38,584 bases of DNA from Candidatus Thorarchaeota archaeon. Its GTDB lineage: Archaea; Asgardarchaeota; Thorarchaeia; Thorarchaeales; Thorarchaeaceae. Of the stretch, positions 27,863 through 36,159 are shown one piece after another. The translations under genes were made by a program, and so were the position numbers. The notes beneath the pieces were generated by a model that saw only the letters and a list, made by a program, of their open reading frames with translations, did not search any database and was not told the DNA's origin. The stretch spans positions 1 through 38,584 of the forward strand of contig JBHLRP010000030.1 of the NCBI GenBank assembly GCA_048882485.1, in the 5' to 3' direction. Position 1 is the first letter of the stretch. Every line of letters starts with the position of its first letter.

Positions 27863-28906
27863 TTGAAACCTGATTGGATGATGTCCCGTGTAACTGTAGT
27901 ATTAATTGCTGTACTTGGACCAGTCTACTTCTTCATTTTAATGCAATTTCTTCCTTTTCAGTTGGCGCCGTTTCAAGACACGACTTTGGACTGGTGGTTT
28001 CACTATGTCTTAGTCCCATCGATCTTTTCAGCTCCGTGGATAGGCATCATCTATAATTCACGCTATAGACTTGCAAACACATTCCATCTCACAGAAGAAG
28101 CAACAGATGCGGTGCCACTACGCTGGCGATTATTCTATGGAACAAACGCAGTGTTTGTGCTCATCTTCTTCATCCTGCCAATAATAGCAGCACCTCTCGC
28201 AATCATAGCAGGCCTCTTTGTAGCTGCTACTGTGTTCTATAGAATCGGCATTGGAAAATTCGGTGCTGGTAGACCTGCCACAGCAATTGCAGTAATTATC
28301 GCAATTGCGTTATGCACTCTACCCACACTAATCATGCTTGAGTTCATACCCCGGTATATTGAGGTCTGGAATGCTGTGATGGGTGGATGGACCGGATATT
28401 GGGTCAATATAGTCTATGGCTTTGCTCAGTGTCTAGTGAATGCGCTCACCTTTGGCTCGCCCTTTTACTTTGTGTTCTTTGCAGCACAGCAGTATGATCG
28501 TGGTCTCTACGGAACTGTATACACGCAAGCGCCAACGACCAAAATCAGGATAGGCGAGATAATTCTATTCATTGTGTTCCTCTACACCTATCTGCCACCC
28601 ATAGTCACTCCCTTTGGTACCCTAAGATTCTTGGACCAGTCTTGGATATTTACGTTGTACATCAATTGGATATCCCTTTCCATTGCTGCCTTGATGGTAC
28701 TCATTCGTTTAAGGACGGGAGTGCAGGACAACAGTACAATGGGGGGACCATCCAATATTCTAGTTGTTGGACTGTTTCTGATAGTAGAGATCTTCTTCAA
28801 GACTTCCACCATAATACTGACTTCCATAATCTGGTTCGCATTCCTAATCTTCGCCGCGGTCAGCTTGGTCAATTTCATGAGAGCATCTCCACGGGAGATG
28901 TACTGA
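27863..28906 (+). CDS. Hypothetical polytopic membrane protein (about 9-10 TM helices)
   Basis: 347-aa ORF with repeated hydrophobic segments; GGAGAGG SD; no family recognised. Confidence 0.75.
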   Translation: MKPDWMMSRVTVVLIAVLGPVYFFILMQFLPFQLAPFQDTTLDWWFHYVLVPSIFSAPWIGIIYNSRYRLANTFHLTEEATDAVPLRWRLFYGTNAVFVLIFFILPIIAAPLAIIAGLFVAATVFYRIGIGKFGAGRPATAIAVIIAIALCTLPTLIMLEFIPRYIEVWNAVMGGWTGYWVNIVYGFAQCLVNALTFGSPFYFVFFAAQQYDRGLYGTVYTQAPTTKIRIGEIILFIVFLYTYLPPIVTPFGTLRFLDQSWIFTLYINWISLSIAALMVLIRLRTGVQDNSTMGGPSNILVVGLFLIVEIFFKTSTIILTSIIWFAFLIFAAVSLVNFMRASPREMY

Positions 28907-28908
28907 GA

Positions 28909-29343
28909 ATGTATAGGAATCCTTCACCCGCAGTTGATGTTGCGGTCGTCGATGGAGGGATGCTCCTTCTAGTGAAACGTGGTAGAGACCCCTATAAGGA
29001 CAGCTGGGCCCTTCCAGGAGGCTTTGTCGAGTACGGAGAAACAGTGGAGGAGGCAGCAGCTCGAGAGGTCTTAGAAGAAACTGGTCTTCGTGTCACACTT
29101 GAGGCAATCCTAGGAGTATACAGTGATCCAAGGAGAGACCCAAGAGGACATACTATTACAACGGTCTTCCTAGCCAGACCAGTTGCAGGTGAACCAGTTG
29201 GAGGCGATGATGCAGCAGAGGCATCCTGGGTCAGTCTGGAGTCACTGGAGGCGAAGACGCTAGCCTTTGACCACTCCAAAATTGTAGAGGACCTTATGCG
29301 ATGGTTACAGCACAACTCAACCTTCTGGTCCTCGAAGGATTGA
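28909..29343 (+). CDS. Nudix hydrolase (ADP-ribose pyrophosphatase-like); start moved to ATG 28909
   Basis: Nudix box GGFVEYGETVEEAAAREVLEETG, YSDPRRDPRGH, GDDA, LAFDH. Confidence 0.93.
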   Translation: MYRNPSPAVDVAVVDGGMLLLVKRGRDPYKDSWALPGGFVEYGETVEEAAAREVLEETGLRVTLEAILGVYSDPRRDPRGHTITTVFLARPVAGEPVGGDDAAEASWVSLESLEAKTLAFDHSKIVEDLMRWLQHNSTFWSSKD

Positions 29344-29354
29344 CAGTTGGTGGA

Positions 29355-29720
29355 CTAAAGGTCAAGAATCGGTAGTTTCTCTGCCAGTCTAATTATGGGT
29401 AGATATGCGACTCTAGGTTCTAGTGAAGGAGTTGTAGTGAACTCGTACATTTCCTTGTCACGGTTAGTGTATGACAGATAAGACCCCTCCGGGGGGCCCT
29501 CGCCCTCAGTATATACCCACAGTGGCATCCCATACATCTCATAGTAGCCATGATGGGAAATCAGTGTGCCATAGATATGTTTGCCCTGGTGCTCGAAGTA
29601 AAGCATGCTTGCAGGACGGTTCGCTTGACCAGAGGCAGCAAGCATTCTTGCCAAATCCATCATGGACTCAAGCTTGAAATTTACAGGTGATCGTATGCCT
29701 TCTTTGCTCAAATTGTGCAC
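29355..29720 (-). CDS. Conserved archaeal hypothetical protein
   Basis: LES..DLAR, YYEMYGMP and LPIIRL pattern resembles a small family I recall from TACK archaea; not verified. Confidence 0.6.
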   Translation of the reverse strand: MHNLSKEGIRSPVNFKLESMMDLARMLAASGQANRPASMLYFEHQGKHIYGTLISHHGYYEMYGMPLWVYTEGEGPPEGSYLSYTNRDKEMYEFTTTPSLEPRVAYLPIIRLAEKLPILDL

Positions 29721-29783
29721 CTAGGCGGCTGTCGGTGACATCCACTTATAAGAGTAAGTTTAGGGCTCGCAGTAGGCGCGTTC

Positions 29784-31982
29784 CTATTCCTCAGCAAGTT
29801 CACTCAGCTGATTGGAGATAGATACAACCTCTTTCCGGTCATCTCCCACCACTGCCACTGCAACGCATGTCATTGGGCCGCTGGCTCCAACTGAAAGACC
29901 AGCCCTTGTGCTGTCTTTTTGCAGCAACACAAACGAGAATCCTTCAGAGTCCCCGATGGAATCTACCTGCATTCCCAATGAACCCAATCTAGAAACAACT
30001 TCTTCTACAAGCAAATAAGGTTCAATGTCGGTTCTGACTATACTGGTGGTTTCTCTCCTTACTGAATCTCGCCCGAATAGGTAAGGGTGAGTGACTGGTG
30101 AATAGAGTACCTTTCGAGCTATAGCCTTCTCCAATAGAGATTGTGTTATTGGTCCAAATCGTCTAATCGAAACTACCGAACCATCTATTTCAGCAGGCTT
30201 GTATTCCTCCTCTGGAAGGTCAACATCTGAGAGCTTCCACTGCATAAGCGGCCTTGCCGCATCATCATCCTCACGAGGGGCAATTTCCTCCGTGATTGCA
30301 TATTCCTGTTTTTTGCTGTCAAAATACGCCTCGATGTAGTCCTTCATCCAAGCGTCCATAATCTCCCAATCTTCTTTGCTAAGCTTCAGCGGAGGTCTTG
30401 GTACAGCTGGTAGGTCTTCAGGTAGGTCTTCCTCTATTAGCTCTGGAGCGGCAGCCCCCATTATCTCGACATCTTCAAGTTCTACTTCATCAGGTATCAT
30501 CAGTCGGGCGGCTTCAAAGAGGGCAGACAGGCGATCAGTACCACCGTGTTGAGAAACTCTTGGTCTGACTTGAATCATGAAGCCACGCTTGTTTTCCGTA
30601 CTCTGATCAAAAACGATTCCTACTCCCCGTGGTAAGCTGCTGATGAAGACCTTGTCACGAAACTTGTCTGGCATCACTGCAGGAGCTCTCTGTATTAGAG
30701 CCTTGATATCGTTGTCATGGGAAAGTGAGTGCGACAGAATGATGTCTGCTTGTGATATCGCTTCATCTGATACAGCAGATGGTTGCTGAGTGCATAAGAC
30801 TAGGCTGCATCCGAAGCGTCTTCCAAGTTTCGCATAGCCCACTATGGCGTCCTTGGCTGGCGTGCTTCCAGACTTCGGTACAAGTGTGTGAGCTTCGTCT
30901 ATTATGAGCCAAGTCGGGGGAAGTTCTTCCCTTGCACTCTCTCCCTCATCAGTCCATGCCATGCGATAGGTTAGAACTTGGCGGCATAACATGTTGGTCA
31001 ATATAGCTAGAACAGTGTGAGCATCAGAACCAAGGGGCGCTACGTCAATGATAGTGATTTGACCAGCGACAGCAAGGTCCTGCGCACTTGTTCCTCCTGG
31101 ATGAAAGACACCGAGTCTGTCTGCGCGGCGGAGCCTTTGGATCATCGCAGTCCTCGATGCAGGCTGATAAAGATCAAGAATAGATGGATTTGACTCGATG
31201 CATTGAATCATATCTGAAATGCTGAAATCACGTTTTAGCGGCACCTTCTCGCCATTCTCACGAATATATCCCTTTCTTAGACTCTCGAGAACATCGCCCA
31301 TCAGGTTGTCCATGGCTGTGCTCAGTTGCCCGCCCTTTTCCAAGACAAAGCCCCAGTCTGATGCGGTCAATTCTCTCGGACTGATAGCTAATGGGTATAA
31401 TCGTGCCTTCTTCTTCACCTCATCTGGAAGGCCTGCGTATGTTCTACGAGGTATGTATACAGCAAATGGAAATCCTCTGGCTTCCATACCCCATTTCGTA
31501 AGCAGGTCGACTTGGTCATCATTAGGCTCTACACTCTGTCTGAATACATCCACTGTATCAATGACGACACCCGCCACTTCGATTTCTTTTCGTTCCATGG
31601 CGAGGGCGAGTTCCTCTGCAATGATTCCAAGTGTATAGCTTTTTCCAGACCCTCTCTTTCCTGCCACCAGCATTACATGGGGGCTTACAAAGTCAAGCTG
31701 AACAGGCATCCCAAAAAGAGAGGTGAGAACATCATCACTTGTTTCGGTCACCGCGCCCAGCATGCCTAGACCTGCCTTCGAGTACTTCTCGTGAAATGAC
31801 TCCGATCGACCTACAATCACACCAGATCCCATATCAACCAATAGATCCAATGGGTCTCCAACTCGTGGATGATACTGCAGTGCGGACTTGGGTAAGAGAT
31901 CCACCGGCTTGTGGTCTTCCTCTTCAGGTTCGGATGCGGGCGTAGGGTCCTCATTGGGGTGGTGCTCGTTCAAATGATTCAC
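29784..31982 (-). CDS. HerA/FtsK-superfamily (DUF87-like) P-loop ATPase with acidic linker and extra C-terminal domain
   Basis: PHVMLVAGKRGSGKS (Walker A), VVID, WLIIDEAH (Walker B), GRRFG (Arg finger), CTQQPS. Confidence 0.88.
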   Translation of the reverse strand: MNHLNEHHPNEDPTPASEPEEEDHKPVDLLPKSALQYHPRVGDPLDLLVDMGSGVIVGRSESFHEKYSKAGLGMLGAVTETSDDVLTSLFGMPVQLDFVSPHVMLVAGKRGSGKSYTLGIIAEELALAMERKEIEVAGVVIDTVDVFRQSVEPNDDQVDLLTKWGMEARGFPFAVYIPRRTYAGLPDEVKKKARLYPLAISPRELTASDWGFVLEKGGQLSTAMDNLMGDVLESLRKGYIRENGEKVPLKRDFSISDMIQCIESNPSILDLYQPASRTAMIQRLRRADRLGVFHPGGTSAQDLAVAGQITIIDVAPLGSDAHTVLAILTNMLCRQVLTYRMAWTDEGESAREELPPTWLIIDEAHTLVPKSGSTPAKDAIVGYAKLGRRFGCSLVLCTQQPSAVSDEAISQADIILSHSLSHDNDIKALIQRAPAVMPDKFRDKVFISSLPRGVGIVFDQSTENKRGFMIQVRPRVSQHGGTDRLSALFEAARLMIPDEVELEDVEIMGAAAPELIEEDLPEDLPAVPRPPLKLSKEDWEIMDAWMKDYIEAYFDSKKQEYAITEEIAPREDDDAARPLMQWKLSDVDLPEEEYKPAEIDGSVVSIRRFGPITQSLLEKAIARKVLYSPVTHPYLFGRDSVRRETTSIVRTDIEPYLLVEEVVSRLGSLGMQVDSIGDSEGFSFVLLQKDSTRAGLSVGASGPMTCVAVAVVGDDRKEVVSISNQLSELAEE

Positions 31983-32091
31983 TCAAAGGAAGCCCCTTCT
32001 GAAATCGAATAAAGGTTTGTAGCTTGGCGCGTCTGAAGGAACAAACCACCACTAGCAACACTCAAAACACAATCAGTAATGGTGACCAGTC

Positions 32092-32874
32092 ATGCCCGAC
32101 GACCTTATCCAAGATGGGGATTTTGTCTATATCTTCCTCGATGCAAAGAGAAACTGGATCAGGAAAGTCAAAGCTGGAGATGCTTTCCACTCAAACAGAG
32201 GAATCATCCAATATGATGACCTGATTGGAGGCCCATTCGGCCGCAGAATTGAGAGTCATTCAGGAAGTATCTTCCAAATTCACCGACCAACTCAGACTGA
32301 CATACAAATTGCAATGGGAAGGAACACTCAGATCATTTATCCAAAAGATGCTGGTATAATCCTCATTGAGGCAGGAATTGTTTCTGGGTCCAGAGTGGTT
32401 GAGTCAGGAACGGGGTCAGGAGCCCTCACGGGCATCCTCGCACGAGCAGTTGGTGAAACAGGACATGTCTATACTTATGAGATTCGTGAAGACATGTACA
32501 AAGGCGCGGAGAAAAATCTGAAACGTTATGGTCTCTTGGGCAACGTAACAATGCATCATAAGGACATCCTTGATGGGATCGAGGAAGTTGATGTGGATGC
32601 AGTTGTATTGGATTTGGCTACGCCATGGGAGGCGGTGGATGATGCTCATCGAGCACTAAAGCCTAGTCATATGTTCACAAGCTACAGTCCAACAATTGAA
32701 CAATCCATGAAGACTTGTAAGGCATTGGGTGAGTCTGGGAATTGGGGAATGATCAAGACAGTTGAAGTCCTTCAAAGGGAAATCATGGTGAGAGAGGGGA
32801 AAACAAGGCCTACGACCTGGATGGTCGGACACACTGGGTACATCACGTTTGCTCGTTCCATGGAATCAAAGTGA
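32092..32874 (+). CDS. trmI: tRNA (adenine-N1)-methyltransferase (TrmI/GCD14)
   Basis: RNTQIIYPKD, VVESGTGSGALT, VYTYEIRED, VVLDLATPW, YSPTIEQ, TRP...MVGHTGY. Confidence 0.95.
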   Translation: MPDDLIQDGDFVYIFLDAKRNWIRKVKAGDAFHSNRGIIQYDDLIGGPFGRRIESHSGSIFQIHRPTQTDIQIAMGRNTQIIYPKDAGIILIEAGIVSGSRVVESGTGSGALTGILARAVGETGHVYTYEIREDMYKGAEKNLKRYGLLGNVTMHHKDILDGIEEVDVDAVVLDLATPWEAVDDAHRALKPSHMFTSYSPTIEQSMKTCKALGESGNWGMIKTVEVLQREIMVREGKTRPTTWMVGHTGYITFARSMESK

Positions 32875-32887
32875 AAATCGCTTGAGT

Positions 32888-32900
32888 AAAACCTTATATA
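32888..32900 (+). promoter_or_regulatory. Archaeal BRE/TATA-like promoter (AAAACCTTATATA)
   Basis: A-run followed by TTATATA at 32894-32900, about 50 nt upstream of ATG 32950. Confidence 0.6.
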
Positions 32901-32913
32901 CGAATTGGACAAG

Positions 32914-32956
32914 TGTTGATTGTCGATTATTGTCGATTGTTGTTGATTAATGTCGA
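32914..32956 (+). repeat. Tandem 10-bp-phased repeat array (TGTYGA core)
   Basis: TGTTGAT(32914) TGTCGATTAT(32921) TGTCGATTGT(32931) TGTTGATTAA(32941) TGTCGA(32951). Confidence 0.8.
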
Positions 32957-33321
32957 GCGAGATCAGTATGACTTACCGCCATAAGAAGATGATTTGTTCT
33001 AAGAAGACTCGAGATATCCTCGAGAAATACACGCGTGAGGACAGCAAATATGCCTCGGTGCAATTTGCTAGCGCCGTGAATATGGAAACTACAGAAGAGA
33101 TCATGGAAGAGGAACGGCCAGAGGCCGAGAATGTTCTAGACGAGGATGTGGATTGTATAGACGAGATTCAGCTTCCACCAATGCCGATCAATGAAACGGA
33201 AGGCCTTGAAGACTATACACCGATTGAAGAGCCTACTTTTGAGGTCGAGGCCACCAAGGAAGAAGTTGAGAAGAAAAGGAAGAAGCGGAATTATGTAGAG
33301 TTCCGTGAAGATTATGCATGA
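32950..33321 (+). CDS. Hypothetical acidic, likely disordered protein with basic ends
   Basis: E/D-rich middle, KKRKKR near the C-terminus; stop overlaps the next ATG (ATGA). Confidence 0.65.
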   Translation: MSSEISMTYRHKKMICSKKTRDILEKYTREDSKYASVQFASAVNMETTEEIMEEERPEAENVLDEDVDCIDEIQLPPMPINETEGLEDYTPIEEPTFEVEATKEEVEKKRKKRNYVEFREDYA

Positions 33322-33713
33322 AAGGAGTGGGGAGAATGCCTAAGCCAAGTATCGATGATCTGATGGATGAGATTAAGGAACTAACACAGACAGTCATGGA
33401 TCTAAGGGAGACTGTCGATGTCTTAAGTTCAAGAATCACCGAAACCAAGAACCGAAGGACAACTAAAGTCGAGATGGGGTCCTACAAGGTAGTACAGGAC
33501 CAAGGAAGTGTCATCGAGGGGGATGTCAGCTGGACCCGTCTTGTTGGACTTCTTCGTGGAAAGGCCTCAGGACTTACAGCTTCAGAGCTTGCTAACAAAT
33601 GGGGCAAATCACGCTCTCGGACCAGTGAGGTTCTGAACAGACTGGTCGAGGAAGGGCAGCTTATCAAATATAGAGATGGTAGGAGCATCAAATTCCGCGC
33701 GAGACAGGAATAA
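33318..33713 (+). CDS. Coiled-coil plus winged helix-turn-helix DNA-binding protein
   Basis: N-terminal heptads (IDDLMDEIKELTQTVMDLRETVDVLSSRI); C-terminal LTASELANKWGKSRSRTSEVLNRLVEEGQLIKYRDGRSIKF wHTH. Confidence 0.85.
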   Translation: MKGVGRMPKPSIDDLMDEIKELTQTVMDLRETVDVLSSRITETKNRRTTKVEMGSYKVVQDQGSVIEGDVSWTRLVGLLRGKASGLTASELANKWGKSRSRTSEVLNRLVEEGQLIKYRDGRSIKFRARQE

Positions 33714-33814
33714 ACTGATGTTCTAGCATAGTACATCATTAGCGAACTAGGTACTCTTAAGTACAGCCAGAGGGCCATAGGGCTGGTACACACGTATGCC
33801 GAGGGTGGCAGGCA

Positions 33815-36142
33815 TTGATTAATACCAGGCCCGGAGAAAATGCGAAAAGCGTCACTGATGATATTGAGGTATATACTAGCAAGCTGTATGACCTGAACAT
33901 TCAAGCACAGGATGCAGTTAGAGATTTCGCGCTTCAGGACATTGATGACATGGATGGCGTTGAGAAGAAGCGCATCGCAATGCATGACGCGTTTACGGAA
34001 CTGTACAATGAGATAGCGACTTTCAGTGAGGAGATTCGGGGCGAGGATTTTGATATTGCGTACCTTCGAGAGAGAATTGAGTATGCTGAAGGAGACACAA
34101 AGGAACAACTAGAAAACGCTCTGAAGGAATTAATCACCAAAGCACAGGAAACCCAGGCTGATGTTTGGATGGCCAAAGTAATGGCTTGGCTCCATCAAGC
34201 AGCTGCAGCCAGCGGCCCTTTTATCGAGAGCGAACACCCAGATAAGAAGAAGAGCGCTTCTAGGTATCTTGCAGAAGTGTATACCATGCTTGAGAAGCCT
34301 TTCTCAGCGGTGCCATCCAAGGTGGATGGAACAGAGAAGTTGAGGCGTGTAGCTCTCGGTCATAAGGCGTACAGTCTAATGAGTGCGGGGAGAAAGAAGG
34401 GTGACAAGGAGCTCGCGCAGATTCTTGGTAACAACAAGACTGCGGAGGCCGAATTCTATGACGAGTTTCTCAATGAACTGATAGGAAAAGAGAGCACATT
34501 CAGACAGGCATTCAATCCCTTTGATGAGCTGATATGGCGCGACATTCTTAGTTCCTTTATATTCGAGCAGGCAACAGACCTGTATAACGAGTCAATCCCG
34601 CATTTCACTAAGAATAGAAAAGAAAACAGGCAGAAGATATCGCTTATCAAATCTTGGAAGCAGAATACTGCAGGTTTGAGTGAAGTGTATCTTGCAATGA
34701 CGTACAATGATATTGCAGATGCTCAAATGAGAGCGGGTAATCTTGAGGATGCATCCAAGCTTTACCAGACATCTTCGGATGCTTTTGGAAGAGCAGAGAA
34801 ATGTTTCAGGGAGGAATTACAGTTACTAGCAAATGCAACTCAGTCAATGGCAGACAAAGAGCAGAAGAAAGCTCAGTCTCTCTTTTGCAGGGCTGAGGCG
34901 AATGTCAAGACACTATCGGAACTCATTCTGATGAATAACAAGAAAGAATCAGTGATTGTTCTGAAGGAGATATTCAAAGACCTTAGAAAGGCCGAGAAAC
35001 TCTCAAAGACAAGAGACCTTACAGGAGCGATTAAAGCTGATCTCACCACATTTGCGTTTGTAGAGGACCAATTGAAGAAGAGAAAAATCAGCAATCTAAA
35101 TGGTATTGCAGAACAGATCAACTTTGCAAAGCAAATCAGGAAGACTTCATTGATACAAAGCGTGAGCAAATCGCTCGATGATGCCAGCGCACACATGGCT
35201 GACACACCTGTAGATGCAATAGAGGCGATTCGTGAGGGATTGGATACCCTTGGAATCCTTCTCAGCCTCGAAACTGATGATGATGAAGTGTCTGACCTGA
35301 GAAACAAGACAATTGCACTGCTCAATCATGTCAAGTATGTGATTCAGTTCCAACAGAGCTCAAAGCTCCAACAAGGAGTGAAGTTCATCCTCTCAAGAAT
35401 ACTTGAGAACCTACATGCCATGGAGGCTGCATCCTATTACAAGGTCATAGGAGAAACTGCTGCGGCTGGAGAAATGACCGACCTAGGCAAGCTGGCTCTG
35501 GCAACATCATACGCCTCAGAAGCTCAGGTCTATTCAAGACAGGCAGAGCAGTGGGCGTTCCGTTCCCAGATGGAGCGGGTCAATTTCTTCAAAGTAGTAT
35601 CTGATGAGCTCGCTCAACTGGAAGATGAGGACTCAGACTCGATTGATAATGCAATGGAAGCTCATGATATCACATTAAAGAGGATAAAGCAGACTCTTGC
35701 TGCGTTTGAATCAGCGGCAAATGAACTGGCCAGTGTCAAAGGGGAGGAGATTCGAACCAAGAACAACGTCGAGGCACAGGTAAACCAACTACATGCTGTT
35801 GTTATGAAATTCAGAGGAGACTTGAGCAGACTCGAGGGGGCAAAGAGTGATTTCTTAGCTGAGTTCGAACTGTTGAAGGGCGAGAAGTCACGAGCACTTC
35901 GACACTTTTCTGATGCGAATGACCATCTCAGGGAAGCAGTAGGCAACTACACTGTAGCGGCACAAGTGTTCCAGCAGAGCGGAGATGGACAAGCGGCCCA
36001 GAGTGTTGACACCAAGGCGAAGACAAGCGACCTTCTGGCAAGAACGATATGGGACAACAGTAAACGTATCGAGATGAACCAAGATCCCATGGAGAAGGAC
36101 GATGCAGTGCTTGCTGCGCTATATATGGGCGGAGGGCAGTAG
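33815..36142 (+). CDS. Large all-alpha hypothetical protein with TPR/SNAP-like segments
   Basis: 775 aa, A/E/K/L-rich, few Pro/Gly, no TM helix; TPR-like ADAQMRAGNLEDASKLYQTSSDAF and AEFELLKGEKSRALRHFSDA. Confidence 0.7.
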   Translation: MINTRPGENAKSVTDDIEVYTSKLYDLNIQAQDAVRDFALQDIDDMDGVEKKRIAMHDAFTELYNEIATFSEEIRGEDFDIAYLRERIEYAEGDTKEQLENALKELITKAQETQADVWMAKVMAWLHQAAAASGPFIESEHPDKKKSASRYLAEVYTMLEKPFSAVPSKVDGTEKLRRVALGHKAYSLMSAGRKKGDKELAQILGNNKTAEAEFYDEFLNELIGKESTFRQAFNPFDELIWRDILSSFIFEQATDLYNESIPHFTKNRKENRQKISLIKSWKQNTAGLSEVYLAMTYNDIADAQMRAGNLEDASKLYQTSSDAFGRAEKCFREELQLLANATQSMADKEQKKAQSLFCRAEANVKTLSELILMNNKKESVIVLKEIFKDLRKAEKLSKTRDLTGAIKADLTTFAFVEDQLKKRKISNLNGIAEQINFAKQIRKTSLIQSVSKSLDDASAHMADTPVDAIEAIREGLDTLGILLSLETDDDEVSDLRNKTIALLNHVKYVIQFQQSSKLQQGVKFILSRILENLHAMEAASYYKVIGETAAAGEMTDLGKLALATSYASEAQVYSRQAEQWAFRSQMERVNFFKVVSDELAQLEDEDSDSIDNAMEAHDITLKRIKQTLAAFESAANELASVKGEEIRTKNNVEAQVNQLHAVVMKFRGDLSRLEGAKSDFLAEFELLKGEKSRALRHFSDANDHLREAVGNYTVAAQVFQQSGDGQAAQSVDTKAKTSDLLARTIWDNSKRIEMNQDPMEKDDAVLAALYMGGGQ

Positions 36143-36159
36143 GCCCGTTTGCCCCCAAC

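Noticed and set aside
28642-28908. N-terminal extensions in the ORF track (Nudix; also fhs, NAD kinase, aminotransferase, pyrF, Rab, atpI)
   Set aside because: They overlap upstream genes or promoters; family homology and, in several cases, SD sites point to downstream starts.
29784-31982. HerA-NurA repair operon or HerA anti-phage system
   Set aside because: No NurA, Mre11, Rad50, Sir2 or nuclease partner adjacent; neighbours are housekeeping genes.
32914-32956. CRISPR array
   Set aside because: Units are 10 bp, tandem and have no spacers; no cas genes in the window.
33482-34108. 208-aa minus-strand ORF and the other short overlapping ORFs in the track (e.g. 2429..3004, 17078..17602, 21087..21575, 37592..38050)
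   Set aside because: They are antisense or out-of-frame shadows of well-supported genes and have no motifs.
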